From Pseudomonadota bacterium (lineage in GTDB: Bacteria; Bdellovibrionota_B; Oligoflexia; Oligoflexales; CAIYRB01), in the NCBI GenBank assembly GCA_031416315.1, contig JANOTL010000153.1, positions 41,826-105,825 on the forward strand: a stretch of DNA of 64,000 bases, read 5' to 3'. The notes under the pieces are model-generated. The model was not told where the DNA came from and made no database searches. It saw nothing but the letters and a program-made list of their open reading frames with translations. The translations under genes were made by a program, and so were the position numbers. The first letter of the stretch is position 1; each line of letters begins with the position of its first letter. Shown in pieces: positions 7,987 to 17,154 of this stretch.

Positions 7987-9666
7987 ATGAGCTTGCCCAC
8001 ATTTTCGATCGCCGCTTTTGTCGCCTTCGGTGCCTTCGGCTGCAACTCCAGCTCGTCGAGCTCGAGCGGGTCGGCGCCTCCGTCCGCGCCGGCTCCCGAA
8101 GAAGAGATCGTCGTCGCGACGCCGTCGGCTCAGGTGGCAGGCTCCTACCTGACCGTCGCCTGCTCTGCGGACACGAGCGCCAGCGTATTGAAAGACGAGG
8201 CGGCTGCGGCCGACGTTACGGCCTGCCTTCTCAAGACCGCCGACGGTGCGCCGGCCGTCCTCGCCTCGGTCTCGATCGAAGTGGTGAAAAAAGACGGGAC
8301 GCGCTTCACTCCGGCCGTCGTGGCGAAGGAGATCGAAAGCCCATGGCATGCTGCCGTGCGGCTCGACCCGGCCGATCGCGCTGAGACCGACCGATTCGAG
8401 ATCGTGTATGCCGAGCCTGGAAAACCAGTCGCGGCGACGGCGACCTCGAACTTCACTTTCGACTGGAAAAACGATCCGGCCTTCGCGATCGTCCTCGTCG
8501 CCATCGACGAGCAGCTCGCCCTGGCCCGGCCACCCCGCGCCCTGCCCTTTGACGCCGAGGGGCTCATCGCGACCGCCACCGCCTTCGGCACGCCCTTTCA
8601 TTTCGCCTTCGTGACCGAAGAGCTCTACACCGGCAACTTTGGGGGAATCGAGGGCGCCGACGCGATCTGCACGGCAGCCGGTGCTCGCTTTGCGACCAAC
8701 CGCACCTGGTTCGCGGCCCTCAGCACGGCAAGTGTCAACGCACGCGACCGTCAACCCATTGACCACCCGGTGACGAACTTCGTGGGCGGGCTGCCATATT
8801 TCGAAGGCTCATTCTTCGAGCAGCCGCTCGAGGACAACCTCACATTCACGCAGCTTGGCTATGACGTGCGTTGGTCCATTGCCGGCGTCACCCCGCCCCG
8901 GATCAACGGCCTCGTCTGGACGGGGAGCGACGACAAGGGTCGCTTCAACGGCTCGAGCTGCTCCGACTGGAGCTCCGACGATGCCACGACCTCGGGTACG
9001 GTTGGTCTGATGGACTCTATCGAAAAAAAGCAGAGCTGGGTCTCGCGTAAAGCGCAAAACTGCAGCAGTCGCGCGCGACTTCTGTGCGTCAGCAGCGTTG
9101 CCGCCACGCCGATCGCAGTCCCAAAAATGCCGGACGGAACCGACCCCGCGCCTTCCCGAAAGCTTCGGAGCTGCGCCAAGACAGACCCGCGCGACACAGT
9201 GCCGCCTCCGACCGACGAGGCGATCGTCCCAGGGATCCGCGCCGTCGGCACTATCGACGGCGAGAACGCCCGCATCTTCTGCCCGGAGCTCCCCGGATCC
9301 TCGCATTTGCGCACCGCGACCTTCGGCGCGCATTCCGGCTACTCGATCACTTGTTCCGCCGTCGATCCTCCGAGACAACTCGATCTCTCTTTCTTCGGAT
9401 TCGAGGTCGGCAAACTGTTCTACGTCCAGGCGCCCTGGGAAGGTAGCGCCTCGAACGTCAGCGCTCACCTACGTCTTGGCGAGAAAGAGTTCCTACACGC
9501 ACCAGGTCCCATCGCGCGCGACCGGCTCGACCGCTTGAGCGGCATCATCTACGGGATCACAGACGGCCGCGTGCGCGGTTGCGTCGAAGGTTTTTTTCGC
9601 AAGTCCGATACGACCTCGGCGGGCTTCTTTCGCGCGGTATTCGACCTCGGGGCTCCGAACCCGTAA
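7987..9666 (+). CDS. multidomain lipoprotein with a central DUF1554/endostatin-like domain
   Basis: AFGC lipobox plus poly-Ser; FVT..YTGNFGGIEGADAIC, VWTG, SCSDWSS and LLCV motifs. Confidence 0.75.
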   Translation: MSLPTFSIAAFVAFGAFGCNSSSSSSSGSAPPSAPAPEEEIVVATPSAQVAGSYLTVACSADTSASVLKDEAAAADVTACLLKTADGAPAVLASVSIEVVKKDGTRFTPAVVAKEIESPWHAAVRLDPADRAETDRFEIVYAEPGKPVAATATSNFTFDWKNDPAFAIVLVAIDEQLALARPPRALPFDAEGLIATATAFGTPFHFAFVTEELYTGNFGGIEGADAICTAAGARFATNRTWFAALSTASVNARDRQPIDHPVTNFVGGLPYFEGSFFEQPLEDNLTFTQLGYDVRWSIAGVTPPRINGLVWTGSDDKGRFNGSSCSDWSSDDATTSGTVGLMDSIEKKQSWVSRKAQNCSSRARLLCVSSVAATPIAVPKMPDGTDPAPSRKLRSCAKTDPRDTVPPPTDEAIVPGIRAVGTIDGENARIFCPELPGSSHLRTATFGAHSGYSITCSAVDPPRQLDLSFFGFEVGKLFYVQAPWEGSASNVSAHLRLGEKEFLHAPGPIARDRLDRLSGIIYGITDGRVRGCVEGFFRKSDTTSAGFFRAVFDLGAPNP

Positions 9667-9675
9667 GCTCAGCCG

Positions 9676-10521
9676 ATGTTCTACAAGACCATTACCCCAC
9701 CTCCGGCCCTCGAGCCCTTCGTCGACTGCTTCTGGATCCTCGCGGCGGAAACAGCGGAAGGTAGCGCCGAAGCCGAGCCCGAGATCGTCCTCCCCGACGG
9801 CAAGACGGAGCTGATCGTTCACTTCGGCGACGACTTTCTGAAGCTCGAGGGCGAGGCTTACGTGCGCCAGGCGCGCGTCTTGATGTCGGGGCAGCTTACG
9901 GAACGCATCCTACTGCGTCCCACCGGGACAATCGGCGTGGTCGCCGCGCGTTTCAAAGCCGCTGGCGCCGCGCGCTTCTTCCACATTCCGTTCGAAGAGA
10001 TCGTCGACCAAGTCATCGACTTCTCCCGCTACGAGAAGGCGACCTCGACCGCCATCTACGATGAAGTCGCGCGCGCCGCATCACATGAAGACAGATTGGC
10101 CGCAATGCAAACGCTGCTCGAGCGTCTTCTCAGCGTCGAATCGCAAGAAGACGTCTTTGTCCGTCAAGCGTGCCAGTACATCACGAAGTCCGAAGGCGAG
10201 TACTCGGTGCAGGAGCTGGTCAAGCTCATCGGCTTCAGCGAGCGCCAGCTCGAACGCAAATTCAAGAAGCAGGTCGGCATCACGCCGAAAATCCTGTCGC
10301 GCATCATGCGCTTTCAGAAGTTCCTCGCGATGACGAAGACCTCGAACACCCTCACGCTCTCGGACGCGGCGCTCGCCTGCGGCTACTACGACCAGTCGCA
10401 CTTCATCCGCGACTTCACGCGCTTCTCGGGCGTCACCCCGATGCACTATTTGAACTCGTCCCACGCGATGTCGGATGCCTTTGTCGGAAACGTACAATCG
10501 CCGAAAACGCCCTCGCGATAA
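9676..10521 (+). CDS. AraC family transcriptional regulator
   Basis: N-terminal VLPDG; C-terminal SERQLERKF and GYYDQSHFIRDF. Confidence 0.92.
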   Translation: MFYKTITPPPALEPFVDCFWILAAETAEGSAEAEPEIVLPDGKTELIVHFGDDFLKLEGEAYVRQARVLMSGQLTERILLRPTGTIGVVAARFKAAGAARFFHIPFEEIVDQVIDFSRYEKATSTAIYDEVARAASHEDRLAAMQTLLERLLSVESQEDVFVRQACQYITKSEGEYSVQELVKLIGFSERQLERKFKKQVGITPKILSRIMRFQKFLAMTKTSNTLTLSDAALACGYYDQSHFIRDFTRFSGVTPMHYLNSSHAMSDAFVGNVQSPKTPSR

Positions 10522-10588
10522 CTTGGTTTCAGAGGCGGATGTAACCGCTTCGAAGGCTCTCAAACCCAAGTTATTCCAAGGAAATCAC

Positions 10589-11020
10589 ATGTATCAGATT
10601 GCCGTTCAAGACGTCTCCGCCCAGGCCGCCCTCGTCGTCAAAGGCAAAGTCCCTGTCGAGAACGCCGGCGAGGCCATCGGCGGCGGCATCGGCGCCGTCG
10701 GCGCCTTTCTCGGCGCCCTCGCGCAGGAGCCCGTCGGCGCGCCCTTTACCCGTACCCTGAGCTTCGAGAACGGCGTCCTCGAGTTCGAGACCGGATTCCC
10801 CGTCGCCACCGCGACGAAAGGTCAAGGCGAGGTCATCGCGACCGAGCTCCCGAAGGGCCAGGTGGCGACGACGGTTCACGACGGCGACCAAGCCACGAGC
10901 GAAAACGCTTACAAAGCGATCCACGCGTGGATGGCGAGCAATGACAAAGCGCCCGCCGGCGCTCCTTGGGAGGTCTATCTGACTGAGACTTCTATGCAGA
11001 TCTATTTTCCGATCCGATGA
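10589..11020 (+). CDS. GyrI-like small-molecule-binding protein
   Basis: GAPF, ELPKGQVATTVH, AYKAIHAWM, PWEVYL; AAGGA SD. Confidence 0.85.
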   Translation: MYQIAVQDVSAQAALVVKGKVPVENAGEAIGGGIGAVGAFLGALAQEPVGAPFTRTLSFENGVLEFETGFPVATATKGQGEVIATELPKGQVATTVHDGDQATSENAYKAIHAWMASNDKAPAGAPWEVYLTETSMQIYFPIR

Positions 11021-11097
11021 CCCGATCGCCGGCTCAGGAATCACCCGCCCCCCCCGGCCGGGCGATTCCTGATATGCTCGCATCATCGTCAACAGAA

Positions 11098-12330
11098 ATG
11101 GATGGGGCCACTTTGCGAAGGACTTTCTTGAGTCTTGCCGTCGGCGTCTCGACGGCCGGCGCCGCGATCATCGGAGTCACGGCCTGTAAAAACCGCGCCA
11201 ACGCCGAGGAATCGACGCTCCGCAGTGAGGCCGCGCCGCCCGCAGCGGCAAGCTGCGAGCCGGTCGTCGCCGCCGACGGAAAGGCCGTTTCCTCCACCTC
11301 CCTCAGCGCGTTGATCGCGCGGGCGAAGAACCCGGCCTGCAAAGCCCGTTTTCTCCAGCTGCCGCTCGTCCGTCAGACCAAAGGGTTTACGTGCGGCGCC
11401 GCGTCCCTGAAGTCGATCCTCTTCTATTTCGGGGATTTCATCGCGGAGACGGAGCTTCAGCGCATCCTTCGTTCGCACAAGGAAAACGGCACCTCGTTCA
11501 AGCGCATCATCCGTCTGGTGAGTGCTTTGAACGACAAGGCCTCACGCGAAAAGATCGCCGGGATGTACGGTTTCGACTCGAAAGTCGACCTCAGCGAGCT
11601 CGAGCTCGTTCTGAACGACCCGGCAGTGCTAGCCGCGATCAAGGCGAAGGCTGGATCGAACGCGACGTTCGCGTCCGTCGTAAAGGGGATCGAGGCCTTG
11701 CGCACGGACGCACTGGACATCGATTCGATGGGCAGCCTCTCGACCGGGCTTGGCCTGACCGAAGGCGCCGAGCCGGTCGACTCCGGCCACCGCGTTCAGC
11801 CGCGCCTTCCAGTCGAGGCGGAGCCCCATCAGAACACGTACTCGACGAAGCTCTTTTTCGAGCCTCGACCATACGATCCCAGCGGCCCCCGGCCCGAGGG
11901 TTGCCCCGCCGAGGCTCCCCCGGCCGTGGCGGGAAGCGTCGGGAAGACGCGGGCGATGACGCTCGGCGACTTGACCCAGGCCATCGACGAGGGCAGCCCG
12001 GTTCTGGCGTTGACGCAGGCGTGGTCCTTCACCAACGACAAAGACTACGATTTGGCGGAATACTCGAAGTCCTGGTACTCAGGGCACTACGTCGTCGTGA
12101 TCGGCTACGACGAAAAAAACATCTACTACATGGATCCGTACGACATGGGCCATTACGCCTTCCTTCCGAAGGCGGAGTGGGAGCGCCGTTGGCATGACTA
12201 CGACGGCCTCCTGGCCGCTGACGGCACGACGCGCTGCCCTGGAGGGACCGAGCTCGAGCACTTCGGCCTCGTCATCTCCCGCTCCGGCGGCCCGGCATAC
12301 CGCCCCGACCTCATCACGAAGATGTACTGA
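11098..12330 (+). CDS. C39-like (papain-fold) peptidase, putative Tat-exported lipoprotein; start uncertain
   Basis: RQTKGFTCGAASL (catalytic Cys), GHYVVVIGYD and YMDP; LRRTFL...VTAC signal. Confidence 0.8.
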   Translation: MDGATLRRTFLSLAVGVSTAGAAIIGVTACKNRANAEESTLRSEAAPPAAASCEPVVAADGKAVSSTSLSALIARAKNPACKARFLQLPLVRQTKGFTCGAASLKSILFYFGDFIAETELQRILRSHKENGTSFKRIIRLVSALNDKASREKIAGMYGFDSKVDLSELELVLNDPAVLAAIKAKAGSNATFASVVKGIEALRTDALDIDSMGSLSTGLGLTEGAEPVDSGHRVQPRLPVEAEPHQNTYSTKLFFEPRPYDPSGPRPEGCPAEAPPAVAGSVGKTRAMTLGDLTQAIDEGSPVLALTQAWSFTNDKDYDLAEYSKSWYSGHYVVVIGYDEKNIYYMDPYDMGHYAFLPKAEWERRWHDYDGLLAADGTTRCPGGTELEHFGLVISRSGGPAYRPDLITKMY

Positions 12331-12401
12331 GCCTCCCTGCGATCCGGCCGCGCGAAAACGCTCAAAACGTTCTAGACTGCGGCAAGACCAGGAGAGTTTT
12401 C

Positions 12402-13040
12402 ATGAAGAAAATCGATGTCACCCGCACCATCAGCGCCGTTATCCGCGAGGTCGTGAGCCGCGAGCACGAGGGTAAGCCCGTGCAGGTCGTGATCGCCACC
12501 CGTACGTTCGAGACGACCGGCGAGGACCTGTGGGATGCGCTCACCAACGAAGAGCGCATCCCGCGCTGGTTCCTGCCCATCTCCGGCGACCTGCGCGTCG
12601 GCGGTCGTTATCAGTTTCTAGGCAATGCCGGCGGCACGATCACGCGCTGTGAGCCGCAGCGCTACGTCTCCGTCACCTGGGAGTTCGGCGGCTCGGTCAG
12701 CTGGGTCAGCGTCCGCCTCACGCCCGACAAGAAGGGCACCTGCCTCGAGCTCGAGCACATCCAGCCGGGCGGCAACGAGCGCTGGGAGCAATTCGGCCCG
12801 GGCGCGGTCGGCGTGGGTTGGGACCTCGGCCTGATGGGCCTCGGCGAGCACCTGGCGACCAAGGCGATGGTGAAGAAGGAAGACGCCGTCGCCTGGTCGG
12901 CCTCGGAAGAGGGCAAGGATTTCGTGCGGCGCAGCAGCGAGGACTGGTGTCGAGCGGCAATCGCGGCCGGCGCGCCTGCGACGCGAGCGAAGGCGGCCGC
13001 GGCGCGGACGACGGCTGCTTACAATGCGGAAAAGCGCTGA
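12402..13040 (+). CDS. SRPBCC/AHSA1 family protein
   Basis: LWDALTNEERIPRWFLPISGDLRVGGRYQ, LELEH, GPGAVGVGWDL. Confidence 0.88.
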   Translation: MKKIDVTRTISAVIREVVSREHEGKPVQVVIATRTFETTGEDLWDALTNEERIPRWFLPISGDLRVGGRYQFLGNAGGTITRCEPQRYVSVTWEFGGSVSWVSVRLTPDKKGTCLELEHIQPGGNERWEQFGPGAVGVGWDLGLMGLGEHLATKAMVKKEDAVAWSASEEGKDFVRRSSEDWCRAAIAAGAPATRAKAAAARTTAAYNAEKR

Positions 13041-13075
13041 TCTACGATCGGCAGCTCACCGCATCACAGCTTCGA

Positions 13076-14497
13076 TTACGGGCAAGTGCCTGGCTGGTCC
13101 GCGCCGCCTTGCCCTTGGCATTCAGCGCCGTTGGCGCACTGGATGTTCGCGAGCCCGCCGCAAGCGCCGCCCGAGGCGCCCCATTCCGGCTGCGTTCCCG
13201 CGGCCTGGCAGGTTCCCGGCTCATCGCCCGCGCCCGCGCCGACGCACTGCGAGCCTTCGCCGCACGTAAAGCCGACGAAGCCGCCGCACGGTCCGCCGCG
13301 CTCGCCCCAGTTCGGCTGGCCGTTGTTCTTCTCGCAGCGGCCCGGCTGATCCGCGGGTCCCGAGCCGCGGCAAAGGAGCCCCGCGTTGCAGGGAAAACCG
13401 ACGAAGCCGCCGCAGAAGCCGCCTTCCTCACCGTACTGCGGCTGGTTCGCTAGCTTCTGGCAGCTGCCCGGTTGGTCGGCGAGACCTTGGCCCGCGCAGG
13501 TGAGGCCGGATTTGCACGCGATGCCGGCGAAGCCGCCGCATGCGCCGCCTTCGACGACGCCTTCGTCCGCCGCGCTCGCCGCGAATCCGGCGACCTTCTT
13601 CACGCACTTGCCCGGCTTGTCGGCGGGACCCGCGCCCTTGCACTGGAGCCCGGCCTTGCAGGAAATGCCGGCGAAACCGCCGCAGGAGCCGCCCTCGACG
13701 CCCCACTTGTCCGCGCCGCCGTTCGTCGCGCCGCCGCCGGCGGTCGCGCCGCCCGTCGCCTTCAAGCACTTGCCCGGCTTGTCGGCGGGGCCGGAGCCCA
13801 CGCATTTCAGGCCCGATTTACAGGCAAATCCGGCGAAGCCGCCGCAGCTGCCGTTCTCTTCGCCCCAGGTCGGACCCGCGGGAGTCGCGGGCGCGGTCGA
13901 ACCGCCGCCGGTGCTGCCGCCGGTCTTTTGCACGCACTTTCCGGGTTTGTCGGCCGGCCCGGCGCCGACGCAGGCGAGCCCGGTCTTGCAGGTGAAGCCG
14001 GCGAAACCGCCGCAGCTCCCGCCTTCCTCGCCCCAAGTCGAGCCGCTCGTCGGCGGCGGCGAGGTCGAGCCCGCGGTCGAGCCGGCGTTCGGGTCGTCGA
14101 CGCACTTGCCGCCGGAGTCGCCGAGGCCGCCGCCGGACTGCTTGCACTTCAAGCCGGTGTTACACTTGATCGCGCCGAAGCCGCCGCAAAACTCGCCCTT
14201 CTTTGCCCCGGGGCCATCCTCGGCCGCGGGGCCGCCAGCGCCGCCGGCGACCGCATTCGGATTTTTCACGCATTTGCCGCCGGCGTCGCCGAGGCCGCCG
14301 CCGGACTGCTTGCACTTCAAGCCGTCGGCGCACTTGATGCCGCCGAAGCCGCCGCAGAATTCGCCCTCGCCCGCGTTGGCGCCGCCGGCCTCGACGCCGT
14401 CTTCGCTGCGCAGGCGCGCGCTATCGGCGGATTTACAGGCGAACGTCGTCACGACGGACGCCAATGCAGCGGCGAGGAAAAGCGTTGCGGCTCTCAA
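13076..14497 (-). CDS. Cys/Gly-rich lipoprotein with nine CGG(F/L)xxxxCxxGxxC...GxC repeats
   Basis: AAGGAG SD 6 nt before TTG at 14497; TFAC lipobox; nine 4-Cys repeats counted in the translation. Confidence 0.85.
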   Translation of the reverse strand: MRAATLFLAAALASVVTTFACKSADSARLRSEDGVEAGGANAGEGEFCGGFGGIKCADGLKCKQSGGGLGDAGGKCVKNPNAVAGGAGGPAAEDGPGAKKGEFCGGFGAIKCNTGLKCKQSGGGLGDSGGKCVDDPNAGSTAGSTSPPPTSGSTWGEEGGSCGGFAGFTCKTGLACVGAGPADKPGKCVQKTGGSTGGGSTAPATPAGPTWGEENGSCGGFAGFACKSGLKCVGSGPADKPGKCLKATGGATAGGGATNGGADKWGVEGGSCGGFAGISCKAGLQCKGAGPADKPGKCVKKVAGFAASAADEGVVEGGACGGFAGIACKSGLTCAGQGLADQPGSCQKLANQPQYGEEGGFCGGFVGFPCNAGLLCRGSGPADQPGRCEKNNGQPNWGERGGPCGGFVGFTCGEGSQCVGAGAGDEPGTCQAAGTQPEWGASGGACGGLANIQCANGAECQGQGGADQPGTCP

Positions 14498-14600
14498 GGG
14501 ACACTCCTTCGATGCGGGCGGATCTCGCACCATTTTGCGGTGCCCCGGCCTGAATTTCAAATGATTTACATTCCGAGAGGCGCCACGTAACGTAGCGTTC

Positions 14601-15101
14601 ATGCGTGGAGACCTCGTGACCGAGCCGAAGCCGAAGAAGCAGCCGCCGCCCCCAGCTCTCGAGCTGCGAGACGTACCGGTGAAAGGCCGCGGCGTATTCG
14701 CCGTACGCGACTTCGCCAAAGGCGAGGAAGTTCTGCAGTTCGTCGGCGACACGAAGGACGTGAAGGAATTCGCGGACCTCACGTACGCGCTCCAGATTGG
14801 ACCGACGACCTACCTAGGCCCGTCCGGACGGATCGACGATTACGTGAATCACTCCTGCGATCCGAACACGGGCGTGCGCGATCCCGACGGCCGCGTCGTG
14901 CTCTTCGCGCTGGAGGCGATCGCCAAAGGCGACGAGATCACCTTCGACTATTCGACGACGCAGGCGGGTCAGCACTGGCCGATCAGCTGCGCATGCGGCT
15001 CCGCCAACTGCCGCGGCACCATCGGTGACTTCGCCGATTTGCCGCAGGAGCGGCAGCGCTACTTCCGGGATCGCGGCGCGCTCCTCGACTACCTTAAGTA
15101 G
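14601..15101 (+). CDS. SET domain protein-lysine methyltransferase with post-SET motif
   Basis: KGRGVFA, NHSCDPN, EITFDY, CACGSANCRG. Confidence 0.92.
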   Translation: MRGDLVTEPKPKKQPPPPALELRDVPVKGRGVFAVRDFAKGEEVLQFVGDTKDVKEFADLTYALQIGPTTYLGPSGRIDDYVNHSCDPNTGVRDPDGRVVLFALEAIAKGDEITFDYSTTQAGQHWPISCACGSANCRGTIGDFADLPQERQRYFRDRGALLDYLK

Positions 15102-15963
15102 TTTTCAGCTTGACCTCGTAAAGGTCGATCCGCCGATCGTTCCAATTCTTCACGGTCCCGTGGGTTCGCGCTTGCTCCAAGAGCGCGAGGTCGATCTCCT
15201 CGACGAGCACCGCTTCGACGTTCGCCGACGCCTCGCCGGCGACGCCATCGCGCGCGAACCCGTGATCGGACGGCGTCAGCACCGCTGACCGAGCATAGTG
15301 GACGTCCATGTCGACGACACCACGCAGATTGCCGACGACGCCCGCCGTCACGACGTAGATCTGGTTCTCGATGCAACGCGCTTGCGCGCAGTAGCGCACC
15401 CGGAGGAAGCCCCGGCGATCGTCGGTGCAAAACGGCACGAAAATGAGCCTCGCGCCGCGCTCCACTTGCAGCCGTGCCAGCTCGGGAAACTCGACATCGT
15501 AACAGACTTGGGTCGCCACCTTGCCGAAGGTCGTGTCGAACACGTTGACCGCATGGCCCGGAGCGATGCCCCACGTCGCGCGCTCGCTGGGCGTCACGTG
15601 GATCTTCGGCTGCGTTTCGTGGCGACCGTCCGGGTGAAAGAAATAGGAGACGTTGCGCACGGCGCCGTCCGCCTCAGTCGTGAAATGCGAGCCGCCGATG
15701 ATGTGCATTTTGAGCCGCAGCGCTTCGGCACGGAAGAAGGCGAGGTAGCGCTCGGTGTACTGATGCAGGATTCGCGGCGCTTCCTGCGGTTTGGCGTCCG
15801 GATGCAGCGCGAGGAGCTGACACGTCAGCATCTCGGGAAACACCGCGAACTGGGCGCCGTAGCCGGCCGCGCTTTCAAGGAGGGCGCGACAGGTCCGCGC
15901 GAACTCTTCAAAGCTGCCGAGCGGGCGCATTTCGTATTGTAAAGCAGCGACACGACAGCGCAT
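15094..15963 (-). CDS. carbon-nitrogen hydrolase family protein
   Basis: VFPE, KIH and VCYDVEFPE (Glu-Lys-Cys triad). Confidence 0.92.
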   Translation of the reverse strand: MRCRVAALQYEMRPLGSFEEFARTCRALLESAAGYGAQFAVFPEMLTCQLLALHPDAKPQEAPRILHQYTERYLAFFRAEALRLKMHIIGGSHFTTEADGAVRNVSYFFHPDGRHETQPKIHVTPSERATWGIAPGHAVNVFDTTFGKVATQVCYDVEFPELARLQVERGARLIFVPFCTDDRRGFLRVRYCAQARCIENQIYVVTAGVVGNLRGVVDMDVHYARSAVLTPSDHGFARDGVAGEASANVEAVLVEEIDLALLEQARTHGTVKNWNDRRIDLYEVKLKTT

Positions 15964-15984
15964 TTCAACACCCTGCAAATTTGG

Positions 15985-16011
15985 ATTGTGCAAAATTCAA
16001 TTGTGTGCGAT
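15985..16011. promoter_or_regulatory. candidate OhrR operator
   Basis: AT-rich ATTGTGCAAAATTCAATTGTGTGCGAT with imperfect dyads, just upstream of ohrR. Confidence 0.5.
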
Positions 16012-16034
16012 CTTTCTGGTGTCGGAGGTGCTTC

Positions 16035-16484
16035 GTGAATCCGCGAGAGCTACTGAAAATCGAGAACCAATTCTGTTTCGCGGCTTACGCCGTCTCGCGG
16101 GCGGTGATGCAGGCTTACGAGCCCCTCCTCGCCGATCTTGATCTGACGTACCCACAATACCTTGCGATGCTGGTTTTGTGGGAGCGCGACGACATCACGC
16201 TGAAAGACCTAGGCGATAAGCTCCGCCTGGACTCTGGGACCCTGACCCCCCTTTTGAAGCGTCTCGAAGGCAAAGGCCTCCTGACCCGCAGCCGGTCGAA
16301 GACCGATGAGCGCGCCTTGGAGATCGTCCTCACCGCCGCCGGAAAGAGGCTGCGCCAAAAAGCTCTAAAAGTGCCGGAAAATCTGGTTTGCCGGCTCAAC
16401 ACCCCGCTCGTGCGCGTCATCAAGCTACGCGACGACCTCAACGAACTGCTCCGTGCCATGGAGCAACAAGGAGATACCGTATGA
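16035..16484 (+). CDS. ohrR: MarR family organic hydroperoxide regulator
   Basis: NQFCFAAY redox Cys, LTYPQYL, LDSGTLTPLLKRLE; GGAGG SD before GTG. Confidence 0.9.
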   Translation: MNPRELLKIENQFCFAAYAVSRAVMQAYEPLLADLDLTYPQYLAMLVLWERDDITLKDLGDKLRLDSGTLTPLLKRLEGKGLLTRSRSKTDERALEIVLTAAGKRLRQKALKVPENLVCRLNTPLVRVIKLRDDLNELLRAMEQQGDTV

Positions 16485-16894
16485 AAGCTCTCTATACTGC
16501 GTCAGTTCATATCGATGGCGGCCGCGACGGTAAAGTCCACTCCTCGGACGACATGCTCAACCTGTCCCTCGGGATGGCGAAAGAGCTCGGCGGCGGCGGC
16601 AAAGGCGCCAACCCTGAGCAGTTCTTCGCCGCGGGCTACGGCGCCTGCTTCGAGTCGGCCGTCCGCCACGTCGCCCGCACCAAGAAAATCGCGGTGACCA
16701 AATCTTCGGTCGACGCGGAGGTCGACCTCCATAATCGCGAAGAAGGCGGCTTCAACCTGGCCGTGCGCCTGAAGGTGAGCCTCCCCGAGCTCGACCGCGC
16801 GACGGCCCAAGCACTCCTCGACGCCGCGCACCAGGTCTGTCCGTACTCCAACGCAACGCGCGGCAACATCCCGGTCGAGATCACCCTCGTCTGA
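16481..16894 (+). CDS. ohr: organic hydroperoxide resistance protein
   Basis: GGRDG, NPEQFFAAGYGACF, AHQVCPYSNATRGNI. Confidence 0.95.
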   Translation: MKALYTASVHIDGGRDGKVHSSDDMLNLSLGMAKELGGGGKGANPEQFFAAGYGACFESAVRHVARTKKIAVTKSSVDAEVDLHNREEGGFNLAVRLKVSLPELDRATAQALLDAAHQVCPYSNATRGNIPVEITLV

Positions 16895-17154
16895 GTCCCG
16901 CGTGCCGCGGCGCGTCGGTCGAGGCGGCCTTCGGCGAGCTGAAGCCGGGCCGTCTCGACGCCGACGTCGCCACCGCTGAAATGCAGCGCTGATCAGGAGC
17001 GCACTTTTTGCGCCGCGACCTCGATCATGCTCACCACGGCGGCGACATCCTTCGCCGACGCGCAGCGGAACTCGATCCAGTCAGCCGCCGAGCCTTTCGC
17101 TTTGAGCTTCACTTGCGTTCTCCGCTATCATCGTCGCACGCGATGGGAGCGTCG

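Noticed and set aside
16993..17112. 39-codon minus-strand ORF (VKLKAKGSAADWIEFRC...)
   Set aside because: Looks like a C-terminal gene remnant, but it is too short to assign and has no clear RBS
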